The notes beneath the pieces are model-generated. The model was not told where the DNA came from, did not search any database, and was given only the letters and a program-made list of their open reading frames with translations. Position numbers and translations under genes: made by a program. From Vicinamibacteria bacterium (GTDB taxonomy: Bacteria; Acidobacteriota; Vicinamibacteria; Vicinamibacterales; JAENWD01), in NCBI GenBank assembly GCA_963697705.1, contig CAVOPA010000008.1, positions 23,694 through 87,693 of the forward strand: 64,000 nucleotides of DNA. Reading direction: 5' to 3'. Positions 41,018 through 51,419 of the stretch are shown here, piece after piece. Every line of letters starts with the position of its first letter. The first letter of the stretch is position 1.

Positions 41018-41039
41018 CTGTATTGAACCGTCTGGTTAC

Positions 41040-41081
41040 TTAACTAAATAGTTAAATATCATGTGAGGCATGGCATGTCAA
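41040..41081 (-). promoter_or_regulatory. Sigma70 promoter overlapped by an ArsR-type operator palindrome
   Basis: TTGACA (41081-41076)-17 bp-TATTTA; palindrome TTAACTA-AA-TAGTTAA at 41040-41055. Confidence 0.65.
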
Positions 41082-41128
41082 GCGGCGGTCAGTTCCGCGG
41101 CTGGAAACCTGAACGGCGGCCGGTCTGA

Positions 41129-42766
41129 TCAGCGATGCACGCCGGGCGCCTCGTGGCCGGTGCGCTCGACGTACTCGATGTAGGACCCCGGATACGCGTG
41201 CGGCTGCGCCTCCGTGCCGGTCTCGCCCCCGAGCTCCAGCACGCGGTTGCTCAACCCGCGGAGGAACTCGCGATCGTGCGAGACGAACAGCATCGTGCCC
41301 TCGAAGTTCTTGAGCGAGTCGAGCAGCATTTCCTTCGTCGCCAGATCGAGGTGATTGGTCGGCTCGTCGAGCACGAGAAAGTTCGGCGGGTTCAGCAGCA
41401 TGCGCGCGAGCACCAGGCGTGTCTTCTCACCGCCCGACAGCGAGCGGATCTTCTTGTCGGTGTCCTCGCCTGAAAACTGGAAGGCACCCGCCAGGTTCCG
41501 CAGCACGCCGATCGACTCGCCGGGGAAGTCTCTCTGGAGCTGTTCCTCGATGGTCAAATCCGGGTCGAGAAGATCGAGCGACTGCTGGGCGAAGTATCCC
41601 ATCTGCAGGCTGGCCCCGAGCTTCACGTCACCAGCGTCGGGACGCACCTGGCCCGCGACCATCTTCAGCAGCGTCGACTTGCCGGCGCCGTTCCTGCCCA
41701 TCACCGACCAGCGCTCGCCGCGGCGGATCAACAGGTTCAACCCGTCGTGCACGGTCCGCTGGCCGTACTTCTTGGTCACACCCTCGAGCACCGCCACCTG
41801 CTCGCCCGATCGAGGCGGCGGACGAAAATCGAACTTCACGATCTTTCGCTTCTTCGGCAGTTGGATCTTCTCGATCTTCTCGAGGGCTTTCACCCGGCTC
41901 TGCACCTGTGCGGCTTTGGCGGCGTGCGCCGCGAAGCGATCGATGAAACGTTGTTCTTTCGCCAGCATCGACTGCTGCCGCGCATACGCCGCCTCGCGGT
42001 TGGTCTCGCGGATCGCGCGCTCGCGCTCGTAGAAATCGTAGTTGCCGGAGTAGGTCGTGATCTCGCCGCCGTCGATCTCCGCCACCTTCGACACGACGCG
42101 GTTCATGAACTCGCGATCGTGTGACGTCATCAGCAGGGACCCGGGCTGCGATTTGAGGAAGCTCTCGAGCCAGATGATCGATTCGATGTCGAGGTGATTC
42201 GTCGGTTCGTCCATCAACAGTACGTCCGGCCGCCCGAGCAGGACGCGCGCCATCGCGACCCGCATCTTCCAGCCGCCCGACAGCGCGCCGACGTCGCCGT
42301 CGATCCGGTCGTCTTCGAAGCCGAGCCCGTGCAGCACTTCCCGGGCCTGTGCCTCCAGCGCATAGCCGCCGAGATGGTCGTACTCCTCCTGCACCTCTCC
42401 GAACCGCGTGAGGATCCGCTCGAGGTCCCCGGCCTGGGCTGGATCCGCCATCGCGTGCTGCAGCGCCTCCAGCTCGTGGTGAAGATCCCCGACGCGCCCG
42501 CTGCCGTGGATTGCTTCGTCGAGCACCGATCGGCCCGACATCTCCTCGACGTCCTGCCGGAAGTAACCGACCGTCAGCTTCCTGGGCACCGAGACGTCGC
42601 CTTCGTCCGGCACTTCCTCCCCGACGATCATCCGGAACAGCGTCGTCTTGCCGGAGCCGTTTGGCCCCACCAGGCCGACCTTGTCGCCCGGATTGAGCTG
42701 GAACGAGGCGTCAACGAAGAGAATCTGGCGGCCGTACTGCTTGCTGATCCTGGAAAACGAAATCAT
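41129..42766 (-). CDS. ABC-F family ATP-binding protein
   Basis: Two ABC domains (GPNGSGKT, LSGGW, DEPTNHLD; GRNGAGKS, LSGGE), no TM segments. Confidence 0.95.
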   Translation of the reverse strand: MISFSRISKQYGRQILFVDASFQLNPGDKVGLVGPNGSGKTTLFRMIVGEEVPDEGDVSVPRKLTVGYFRQDVEEMSGRSVLDEAIHGSGRVGDLHHELEALQHAMADPAQAGDLERILTRFGEVQEEYDHLGGYALEAQAREVLHGLGFEDDRIDGDVGALSGGWKMRVAMARVLLGRPDVLLMDEPTNHLDIESIIWLESFLKSQPGSLLMTSHDREFMNRVVSKVAEIDGGEITTYSGNYDFYERERAIRETNREAAYARQQSMLAKEQRFIDRFAAHAAKAAQVQSRVKALEKIEKIQLPKKRKIVKFDFRPPPRSGEQVAVLEGVTKKYGQRTVHDGLNLLIRRGERWSVMGRNGAGKSTLLKMVAGQVRPDAGDVKLGASLQMGYFAQQSLDLLDPDLTIEEQLQRDFPGESIGVLRNLAGAFQFSGEDTDKKIRSLSGGEKTRLVLARMLLNPPNFLVLDEPTNHLDLATKEMLLDSLKNFEGTMLFVSHDREFLRGLSNRVLELGGETGTEAQPHAYPGSYIEYVERTGHEAPGVHR

Positions 42767-42835
42767 GTGACGAGAATGATGGCCCGTCGGCGGTCATTCC
42801 GTCCATCGGCAGCCGCTCCGGACTGCCAGCGGGAA

Positions 42836-43622
42836 TCAGGACTTCGCCTTCTCCAGGCGCGCGTCGAGAATCCGCTTGCGCACGCGGAGGTACGTCGTTC
42901 CGAGCATCGCCTTTGCCAGCTTCTTCGTCTCCCACGTGACGCGCTGGCGCATGGGCCACGCGCCGCGTCCCGTCGCGCAGGCGTATGCCGCAGTCGGCGG
43001 CATCCCGTTCCAGAGGGTGAACCGGCCGATGCAGCGGACCGGGCCGACCTGCCACGTGCGCGCGGTCGGCTCAGAGGTGAAGAGCAGACGAATGCCCGCT
43101 TCGCCGGCCGTTTCGGCGACCAGCGGACTGAAGGCCCCGCCCGGAACCGATGCGACGATGGGACGGTGGTGCAGGATGTCAGCGAGCATCTCACCGCTGT
43201 CGGCCCACTCGCGGCGGAGCTGCTCCGGGCTGCACGACGACATCTGCAGCGGGTGTGTCACGGTGTGGCTGCCGACGATGTGTCCCCGGCGGTGCAGTTC
43301 CTGAATCGCTGCCGGGTCGAGGAACTCGGGTGTGCCGAGTCGGCCGAGCGTCATGAAGAAGTGGCCACGCCAGCCGCGTGCCTCGAGTGCCGGCGCAATA
43401 TAGCGCAGCGCGCTGGCGCCGCCATCGTCGAACGTCAGCAGCCACGAATCAGACGTGGCGTTTGTTATGAGCGCCGGCACGCGGCCGATGTCGGGCGAGT
43501 GTCGCGAGATGCCGGTCGAACGTCGTCTGCTCCAATTTGTAGACGGCCGCGTCGCCGCCCTCGAAGCCGGTGGTGTGCCACTCGTCGCGTGGCGCGACGT
43601 CATGGTACAGCAACGCCCGCAT
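42836..43622 (-). CDS. Polysaccharide deacetylase (CE4/NodB domain), frameshifted
   Basis: MRALLYHDV start at 43622, then LTFDDG, GSHTVTH, SVPGG. Confidence 0.8.
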
Positions 43623-44422
43623 GCGCTCCTCCGGTCCGGCGGCGAGCCGCCCATTTCCAGCGCGCGAAGGCCGTCATCCATGGCTGGCCCCACACGGCGC
43701 TCGTGCGTCCCGAGGTGTCGATGCGCTCCGCACGCCCTGCGACGGCCTCGAGCAGCCGATCGCGAATTGCATCCAGGTTCTCGGTCAGCACGCGCTGCTG
43801 GATTCGCACGTGGCTTTCCTGTCGCTCGTCGAACCGGTAGCTGAAGTAACCGTAAATCGGGCCGGTAGCGACGCCCGCGTCGATCCGGAGCAGGGTGAGG
43901 CCCACGCGTTCCAGATCGCCGGACGCGAGCGCCCAGAAGCATCCGTGCGCGTTGCGGTACTCGGGGCAGACGCCCGGGTGCAGCACGTAGGTGCCGTGTG
44001 ACGGCACCTGGAAGACCGCGGGCTTGAGCAGGGTCTTGCAGCGGGCGATGACGAAATCCGGGCGGCAGCGCTCGAGAAACGCGACGGTCTCGGGCGCATT
44101 GACGGAGCCGGCTCGCAACACGGGCACGTCCGGCGCCGGACCGAACCGCGCGAGGAGCGCCTGCACGGTGTCGTGTCGAACTGGCGGTCGGCCGTGGCGT
44201 GCATCAGGCGGTAGTACACCGGAGCGCGAACACATCCAGCAGGCGCCACACGCCGGACCGGCGCACCTGTGCCTTGATCCGCTGCATCGTGCGACCGGTT
44301 GTCTCCGACAGCTCGACGATTCCGGCGAGGTCGCTGAAGCTGGCCATCCAGGCACTGAGGCCGTTGCGATCGAGGAGCGCGCCGCGGTGACAGATGAGGA
44401 CTGACCGGGGACGAGCCGGCAC
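43600..44422 (-). CDS. Formyltransferase-domain protein, frameshifted
   Basis: SVNAPETVAFL..PDFVIARC, VLHPGVCPEYRNAHGCFWAL, LLRIDAGVATG. Confidence 0.75.
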
Positions 44423-44620
44423 GTCGGTTCCCACAGCAACCTGATCAAGCAAATCGCAGACCGCTGCGGCGGCCTCAGGGGCCCTCAGACGCCGAAATTA
44501 ATCCGGAGCCCGCGTGACCGAGGGCGGTATCATCGCGCGCGACGCGGCAGAGGCGGCGACGTCCGGGAACGGACGTCCGCTCACTCGAATAGATAATCGC
44601 CGACGAGAGGAGCCAACCAC

Positions 44621-46174
44621 GTGAGCCTCATCCTGGCCGGACGCATCGTGCCACTGTCACGGGATCCGGCGGTCGCCCCCACAGAGTCGGCGTCGTTTCG
44701 CGGCCGCGTCTACGTTGGCGACGACGGCAGAATCGCCGCGATCAGGAGGAGCAGACAAACGGCGCCGCCAGGATTCGGCAACGCGGTGACGATCGACGTG
44801 GGGACCTCGCTCATCGTGCCCGGCCTGATCGACATGCACAATCACCTGGCCTACGCACCATTACCGCTCTGGGCTGAGGCCGGGCGCACACAACCTTTCG
44901 GCCACCACAACATCTGGCCGTCGCGGCCCTCGTACGCCGCCGAGGTCACATGGCCGGCGTACGCCTACGTCGTGGCTGCGCCGGCAGAGCTGCTCGCCTA
45001 CGCCGAGGTCCGGGCCCTCATCGGCGGCGCGACGAGCATCCAGGGGTCGCCGCCCAGCAACCGGCCCCTCGACGGCTGGCTGATACGCAATATCGAGGAC
45101 GAGACACTTGGCGGCACGCTCAATCGAAACACCGTTCTCGCGTCGACCTTGACGATGAAGCCGCAGGACCTCGGCTCCCGCGCCGGTACCATGGCGCGGG
45201 GCTCGACGTTCATCTATCACTGCGCCGAGGGGCAGCGTGGATCGATCGTCGCCCGCGAGTTCGAAGCGGTGCGAACGGCGGGCTGCCTGCTGCCCCAGCT
45301 CGTGGCGATCCACACCAACGCGCTGGACACGGCTGCCTACGCGGCGTGGGCTGCCGCGCCCGGGGCCGTGGTCTGGTCGCCCTTCTCCAACCTGTGGCTG
45401 TATGGCGAGAAGCAGACAGTCGACGTGCCGACCGTCCGCTCGCACGGCATCTCGCTTTGCCTCGGATCCGACTGGGCGCCGTCGGGCACCCGCAACATCC
45501 TCGGCGAGCTGAAGGTCGCACGGCTGGTATCGGACAGCATGCAGTGGCAGCTCTCGGATTTCGATCTGGTGAAGATGGTGACGGCGAGCCCGGGCGACGT
45601 GCTCAAGGCGGCGTGGCGCAGAACCGTCGGTCGCCTCGAGCCGGGTGCGCTTGGTGACATCACCGTGATCGCCGCAGGCGCGCGAGCCGATCCGTTCACC
45701 ACCATCGTCAAGGCGATCGAGCGGGACGTGCAGCTGGTGCTCGTCGGCGGCAAACCCGTCTACGGTACGAAGCCGCTCATGCGCCAGGCCGGCGCCACTG
45801 GAACGAGCGCGCTGGTCGTGGCAGGAGAGACGCGCGCCCTGCAGCTCACGCGGTTCGACGGCTCGGACACATCGTGGTCGTTCGACCAGGTGCTCGCCCG
45901 TATGGAGCAGGTACGGCAGAACCCGAAGAAGGAGATCGACGGCGCACGTGCGCGCGCCCACGCCGGTGCGGTGGGTGGCGAGCCCCCGTCTCTCCGGCTT
46001 GCGCTCGACATGCCGACGGGCCTTGTCCCGATAGGCGGACTGCCAAAAGATCTCGCCCAGATTGTGGTGCCGCCGATCCAGCCACTGGAGCACGACGCGG
46101 CGTTCTTCGCCCAAGTCAACGGGCGTGGCTTTCATGCCGGGCTGTTGAACGGGCTCGCCGGCTTCTACTCCTGA
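44621..46174 (+). CDS. Metal-dependent amidohydrolase
   Basis: PGLIDMHNH, YHCAEG, AIH, WSPFSN, LGSDW, GRLEPGALGD. Confidence 0.85.
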   Translation: MSLILAGRIVPLSRDPAVAPTESASFRGRVYVGDDGRIAAIRRSRQTAPPGFGNAVTIDVGTSLIVPGLIDMHNHLAYAPLPLWAEAGRTQPFGHHNIWPSRPSYAAEVTWPAYAYVVAAPAELLAYAEVRALIGGATSIQGSPPSNRPLDGWLIRNIEDETLGGTLNRNTVLASTLTMKPQDLGSRAGTMARGSTFIYHCAEGQRGSIVAREFEAVRTAGCLLPQLVAIHTNALDTAAYAAWAAAPGAVVWSPFSNLWLYGEKQTVDVPTVRSHGISLCLGSDWAPSGTRNILGELKVARLVSDSMQWQLSDFDLVKMVTASPGDVLKAAWRRTVGRLEPGALGDITVIAAGARADPFTTIVKAIERDVQLVLVGGKPVYGTKPLMRQAGATGTSALVVAGETRALQLTRFDGSDTSWSFDQVLARMEQVRQNPKKEIDGARARAHAGAVGGEPPSLRLALDMPTGLVPIGGLPKDLAQIVVPPIQPLEHDAAFFAQVNGRGFHAGLLNGLAGFYS

Positions 46175-46181
46175 GGTGATC

Positions 46182-47858
46182 ATGGCGGGCACAGCATCAC
46201 GGACACTGCTGCAGGCTCAGAGAGGTGAGCTGCTGGCGACCATACTCGAGCGCACGGCGGGAACGCAGCGCGCGCGCGGACGGCGGCGTGGTGAGATGCT
46301 GAGCCCCGCGGTGCTCGACGGCGGCGAGCGACTGCGCATCATCAACACGACGCGCACGGTGCTCCAGGGCGCGTATTGCCACCTGCCGCAGAAGCGCGCG
46401 GCATACGCCCTCAACCCGGTGCAGGCGCTCTCGCTGCTGGAGCGGCGCGCGACGGAGCTCTCCGACGCGGAATTCCACCTCGCGATGACCTCGATCGTCA
46501 CCGGCCTGCGCGACGCGCACACCCGCTACTCCGGCCCGCGCTCGACCCAGAACGCGGTGGCGGTGCTCCCGTTTCTGGTCGAGCAGTACGGCCCATACGA
46601 CGGGCCGACCTTCATTGTCTCCAAGATTGCCAACTCGCGGCTGCTCGACGACGAGCAGTTCGTCCCGAACGTGAAGCTGGAAACCTGGAACGGCGTACCC
46701 ATGGTGCGCGCCGTCGAAATTCATGCGGACCGCGAGACCGGCGGGCGCCCCGACGCGCGGCGGGTTCGCGCGCTCGAGTCGCTCACCTTTCGCGATCTCG
46801 AGTACGGTCCGCCGCCCGACGAACTGTGGGTCGATGTCGGCTACCGCACCGCGCGCGGCTCGCGGCGCGAGCTGCGAGTGCCGTGGCGCGTCGTGCGACC
46901 TGACCAGGCCCCGACCGGACACAGCCCCGGCTCTCGCGGCTCGCGTTTCCTCGCCTCGGATCCGTCGGGAGAACGCGTCCGCCGCGCCAAGAAGCTGATG
47001 TTCGCCGGCAAGGTCTGGGAAGCCGAACAGGGCGCTCGGCCACGCGCGATCGGCACCTCGGGCCTCGCCACCACCTTCGCGGACGTGCTGACGGCGCGCG
47101 TCGTTCCGGTGCGCGGCGTCGGGCGCCTCGGCTATCTGCGCGTCTGGAGCTTCGACGTCGACGATGACGACGCGTTTCTCGCCGAGGTGATTCGGCTGGT
47201 CCGGCTCCTGCCCGCACGCGGGCTGATCCTCGATCTCCGCGGCAACCCTGGCGGGCTGATCTGGGCCGCGGAGCGCATGCTGCAGCTCTTCACCGACAAA
47301 CCGATCCTGCCGACGCGGTTCAGCCTCGTGGTGTCGCCGCTGACACAGGCGATGGCGCACTCGCCCTTCAACCGCCTCGAGCTCGAGCCCTGGGCTGAGT
47401 CGCTCGACACGTCGCTCTACACCGGCGACGCGTACGCGCAGCCGCTGCCGTTGACCGATCCCGAGTGGTGCAATGATCTCGGGCGACAGTACTTCGGGCC
47501 GGTCGTGTGCGTGGTCGATCCGAATACCTACTCGTCGGGAGATCTCTTCGCCGCCGGCTTCGTCGACAACCGTCTCGGTCCGCTCGTGTGCGTCGGCGAG
47601 GCGACGGGCGCCGGAGGGGCCAACGTGTGGACACACGTCGATCTCCGCGAGGCGCTGGCCGACACGCCGTTCGAGCTCGAGGCCCTTCCCGAGGGCGTGA
47701 AGTACACCGTAGCGATCCGGCGCGCCGTGCGCAGCGGGGCTTCCGACGGGGTGCCAATCGAGGACATCGGCGTGTCCGGGATCCCGTACGTGATGACCCG
47801 CGACGACCTGCTGAAGGACAACAAGGATCTGATCGCGTTCTGCGCAATGCAGCTGTAG
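46182..47858 (+). CDS. S41-family peptidase
   Basis: LRDAHTRY, GYLRVWSF, LILDLRGNPGG, TYSSGDLFAA, TGAGGANV. Confidence 0.82.
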   Translation: MAGTASRTLLQAQRGELLATILERTAGTQRARGRRRGEMLSPAVLDGGERLRIINTTRTVLQGAYCHLPQKRAAYALNPVQALSLLERRATELSDAEFHLAMTSIVTGLRDAHTRYSGPRSTQNAVAVLPFLVEQYGPYDGPTFIVSKIANSRLLDDEQFVPNVKLETWNGVPMVRAVEIHADRETGGRPDARRVRALESLTFRDLEYGPPPDELWVDVGYRTARGSRRELRVPWRVVRPDQAPTGHSPGSRGSRFLASDPSGERVRRAKKLMFAGKVWEAEQGARPRAIGTSGLATTFADVLTARVVPVRGVGRLGYLRVWSFDVDDDDAFLAEVIRLVRLLPARGLILDLRGNPGGLIWAAERMLQLFTDKPILPTRFSLVVSPLTQAMAHSPFNRLELEPWAESLDTSLYTGDAYAQPLPLTDPEWCNDLGRQYFGPVVCVVDPNTYSSGDLFAAGFVDNRLGPLVCVGEATGAGGANVWTHVDLREALADTPFELEALPEGVKYTVAIRRAVRSGASDGVPIEDIGVSGIPYVMTRDDLLKDNKDLIAFCAMQL

Positions 47859-47893
47859 GCGCGGCGGGTCCTCCATCGTCTTGAAGAATGCCT

Positions 47894-47917
47894 GGCCCGC
47901 CTGAAGGCGGGCACTAC
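47894..47917 (-). repeat. GTAG-type REP palindrome
   Basis: GTAG-t-GCCCGCC-ttca-GGCGGGC. Confidence 0.55.
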
Positions 47918-48079
47918 AGCGCGCCAGAGGCGATCGTTCGGGCGCAGGCGCTCGATGCAAGCCACGCCCAGGCTGCCCGAAGCAAGCCACGTCCGGGCTG
48001 CGGCATTGCCGGACCAGACGACCAGGGCGTCGCTGGCAGCGGACGAGAGAATGATCTCACCGGCAGCCAGACTGATGCC

Positions 48080-49684
48080 ATGCGCCCGCCCGTGACTCAC
48101 CCCGTCTTGCTGATCCTCGGATCCACGCTGGCGGCGAGCACGCTCTATCTGCTCGCACTGCTGTTCGGGTATGTGTTCGGGATCGGGCACGTGCGCCGGC
48201 ATCACGTCGAAACGGCGTCCTATGTGTTCGTGATCGCGGCCGCTCTCACCGCATTCAGCCAGACGCCACCCCGTCGCGTGCAGCCTTCCGGAACGGTGAG
48301 GCCCAGAGCCGCAGCTTTGCTGGCGGGGCTCGTCGCCGCCTCGTGTGTGCTCTACGGCAACACCTTGCGGCTCGGCCTGTTCTCCGACGACTTCGTGCTC
48401 GCCGAGCGGGCGCTTCACGGACGGTGGCTCTCGCATGGGCAGTTCGTCCGGCCGCTGCCGTCAGTCCTGTGGGGCGCGATTCTGTCGGTGACACGGAATC
48501 CCGCCGCTCTGCATCTTCTGAGCATCGTGCTGCACGGAGCGAACGCGGCGCTCGTATCTATCCTCGCCAGCCGCATCGGCCTGTCACGCGCCGCCGCGGT
48601 TGCGGCGGGCCTCCTGTTCCTTGCGTTCCCGTCGAACGTTGAAGCGGTCGTCTGGCCCGCGGCGCTGCCCGACCTGCTCGTGGCCACGTGCGCGCTCGCA
48701 TTCCTGCACCTGGCACGTGGACGGATCTCTCGTGAGCGGGCGCTCGCGGCGCTGGCTGTTCTGGTCTGTGGGTTGCTGTGCAAGGAGTCGGCAATCGCAA
48801 TCCCGCTTGTCGCGATCGTGTTCTGGGGGGTGCTTCCCGAGGGACGCCGCACGGCTGGATGGCCCGTGCTCGCGTCAGCGATCGTCATCTGCATCGCGTA
48901 CGCCATCGTCCGGATCACCATCGTCCATCTGCCGGAGTCGTACGCGCAGGTGCCGAGCCGCTATCTCCTGAAGGAGCTGATCGCACGCCCGTTCGGAACG
49001 TTGGTCCTGCCCTGGACGACGGTGGTCCTCGATCGCTGGCCGCTCTTCGGCTACCTGCCGGCGTTCGCAGTCGTCGCGGTTGGGGCGACGTATGCGGGGC
49101 GCCCCGGCAAGGCCGTGAGCCCGTCGCTCGTCGCCGGGTATCTGCTCGCGGCACTCGTGGCCGTGCTTCCGGTCTACTCGATGCTGTTCATCAGTGCGGA
49201 TCTCGAGAACGCGCGATACCTGTATCTCTCGACCGCATTCTGGGCCACCGCGGTGTGTGGGATGGCCAGCAGGCCCGATGACAAGGCCCGGATCGGGAGC
49301 GCCCGAACGGTGATCTTCGTCGTACTCATCGCCAGCGCCGCAGTCGGCGTGCAGTGGCATCTCGGCGCGTGGCGGGAGGCGGCCGCCCTCAGGGAACGAG
49401 TGCTGGCGGCAGCCGAAGGCGCTATGGGCACCGCGCCGTGTTCGACTGTCTCACTGGCAGCGGCGCCCGATTCCGTGCGCGGCGCGTACGTGTTCAGGAA
49501 CGGGCTCGCCGAGGCAGTGGCGGCACGCGCGGCTTCGCGCTGGGATGCTGCGCCAGCCGCCGGTGCACCAGGCGATTGCCTGTTCGTCTGGGATGGCACC
49601 CGGTTCCGCGCCACTTCGAACGGCCCTGTCGCGGTTCAGGCGACCTTCGAACGGCAGGCGGCTCCGCCCAAGGGGCTGAACTAA
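48080..49684 (+). CDS. GT-C-type membrane glycosyltransferase (PMT/ArnT-like)
   Basis: LGLFSDDFV, FVRPL, HGANAALV, EAVVW, LLCKES, RYLYL; many TM segments. Confidence 0.7.
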   Translation: MRPPVTHPVLLILGSTLAASTLYLLALLFGYVFGIGHVRRHHVETASYVFVIAAALTAFSQTPPRRVQPSGTVRPRAAALLAGLVAASCVLYGNTLRLGLFSDDFVLAERALHGRWLSHGQFVRPLPSVLWGAILSVTRNPAALHLLSIVLHGANAALVSILASRIGLSRAAAVAAGLLFLAFPSNVEAVVWPAALPDLLVATCALAFLHLARGRISRERALAALAVLVCGLLCKESAIAIPLVAIVFWGVLPEGRRTAGWPVLASAIVICIAYAIVRITIVHLPESYAQVPSRYLLKELIARPFGTLVLPWTTVVLDRWPLFGYLPAFAVVAVGATYAGRPGKAVSPSLVAGYLLAALVAVLPVYSMLFISADLENARYLYLSTAFWATAVCGMASRPDDKARIGSARTVIFVVLIASAAVGVQWHLGAWREAAALRERVLAAAEGAMGTAPCSTVSLAAAPDSVRGAYVFRNGLAEAVAARAASRWDAAPAAGAPGDCLFVWDGTRFRATSNGPVAVQATFERQAAPPKGLN

Positions 49685-49937
49685 ACCGTCGCTCGCTCGA
49701 GTTGATGCTTCGAAGCGGGTGGCGCCGGACGGGGCCGCCCGCCCGCCGCGCAGGCGCCTTGCTCCTGGCGAGTGCTTTGGCGCCGGCCGCCTCGGCCCCC
49801 GCCGCGCGGACGGTGCGCGGTGGGGTGGCCGCGGGTGGGGCTGTCCGGCGACAGGACCCGCGTCCACCATCAACTCAAGCGAGTTGTGGATTTCAAGGCG
49901 CAGCAAACGATCGCGGCAAGTACGCCAGAATGGACGC

Positions 49938-51389
49938 ATGACGTCATCGCGCAATCCTTCGGCTGGCGGTTTTGGCGCATTCGGCCTCGCCAGCACCCTC
50001 GTGAGCGCCGTGACGGCGCTCGGATACGAAGAGCCCACGCCCGTGCAGTGCGAAACCATTCCGCTCCTGCTGTCCGGGCGCGACATGCTCGCGCAGGCTG
50101 CAACCGGCACCGGCAAAACGGCGGCGTTTGCGTTGCCGATGCTGCACCACCTGCTCGCGAACCCGCCATCCGGGCGGCGGCGCACCCGCGGCCTCGTGCT
50201 CGTGCCGACGCGCGAGCTCGCGATGCAGGTGGCCGAGGCCGTCCACAAGTACGCGCGGAACTCCGGGCTGTTCGTCGTGCCCGTGTACGGCGGCGCCTCC
50301 ATGTCGATGCAGATCCGTGCCCTCGGGCGCGGGGCCGACATCATCGTCGCTACACCAGGACGGGCGCTCGATCACCTGCGCCGCAAGACGCTCGACCTCG
50401 AGGGCCTGCGCGTGCTGGTGCTCGACGAGGCCGACGAGATGCTCGACATGGGCTTTGCCGAGGACCTGGACGCCATCCTGGAGGCGACGCCGGCGGCGCG
50501 CCAGACGGCCCTCTTCTCCGCTACGATGCCGCCGCGCATCCTTTCGATCGCGCACAAACATCTCCGCGACCCGCAGCGGATCACGGTCGCACGCGAGAAG
50601 ACGGTCGCGGGCAAGCTCCCGCGCGTACGGCAGCTGGCGTACGTCGTGGGGCGTGCGCAGAAGCCAGCGGCACTGCAGCGCGTGCTCGACATGGAAAGTC
50701 CTTCCTCGGCGCTCGTCTTCTGCCGGACGCGACTCGAAGTGGACACCCTGGTCGAGACGCTGAACGCTCACGGCTACCGTGCGGAGGCGCTGCACGGCGG
50801 CATGCAGCAGCGTCAGCGCGACAGCGTGATGAACCGTTTCCGCGCCGCGAAGTCCGATCTGCTCATCGCGACCGATGTCGCGGCCCGCGGGCTCGACATC
50901 GAGCAGCTCTCCCACGTGTTCAACTACGATCTGCCCTCCGCGGCGGAGGACTACGTCCACCGGATCGGCCGCACCGGACGTGCAGGACGCGAAGGCACGG
51001 CGGTGACGCTGGTCGAACCCCGCGAGCACCGGCTGCTGCGCACGATCGAGCACTTCACCAAGCAGAAGATCGAAGTCAGCTCCGTTCCGACCGTTGCGGA
51101 TCTCAGGGCCAAGCGGATGGAGGCGACGCGCGCGTCGCTCCGCGATCGGATCCTGGCGGGCGATCTGGACGATGCGCGCGTGGTGGTGGAGTCGCTGGCG
51201 GAGGAGTTCGACGTCCTCGACGTGGCAGCAGCGGCGGTGAAGCTCGCGCACGCCGCCGTGGCGGGAGAGGGCGGAGACCGCGAGGTCGAAATCCCCGTGG
51301 CCGCTCCTTACGCGGAGCGGCCCGAGAGGTCCTCCCGACCCTACCGGGGCGGTGGTCCGGGCCCACGGCCCGGCCGGCGGCCGCGCTGA
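49938..51389 (+). CDS. DEAD-box RNA helicase (DeaD/CsdA-like, no DbpA-type C-terminal domain)
   Basis: PTPVQ, ATGTGKT, PTRELA, DEAD, SAT, ARGLD, HRIGRTGRAG. Confidence 0.93.
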   Translation: MTSSRNPSAGGFGAFGLASTLVSAVTALGYEEPTPVQCETIPLLLSGRDMLAQAATGTGKTAAFALPMLHHLLANPPSGRRRTRGLVLVPTRELAMQVAEAVHKYARNSGLFVVPVYGGASMSMQIRALGRGADIIVATPGRALDHLRRKTLDLEGLRVLVLDEADEMLDMGFAEDLDAILEATPAARQTALFSATMPPRILSIAHKHLRDPQRITVAREKTVAGKLPRVRQLAYVVGRAQKPAALQRVLDMESPSSALVFCRTRLEVDTLVETLNAHGYRAEALHGGMQQRQRDSVMNRFRAAKSDLLIATDVAARGLDIEQLSHVFNYDLPSAAEDYVHRIGRTGRAGREGTAVTLVEPREHRLLRTIEHFTKQKIEVSSVPTVADLRAKRMEATRASLRDRILAGDLDDARVVVESLAEEFDVLDVAAAAVKLAHAAVAGEGGDREVEIPVAAPYAERPERSSRPYRGGGPGPRPGRRPR

Positions 51390-51419
51390 GAAGCCTTGAA
51401 CGAGGCCTTCAACCGTCTG

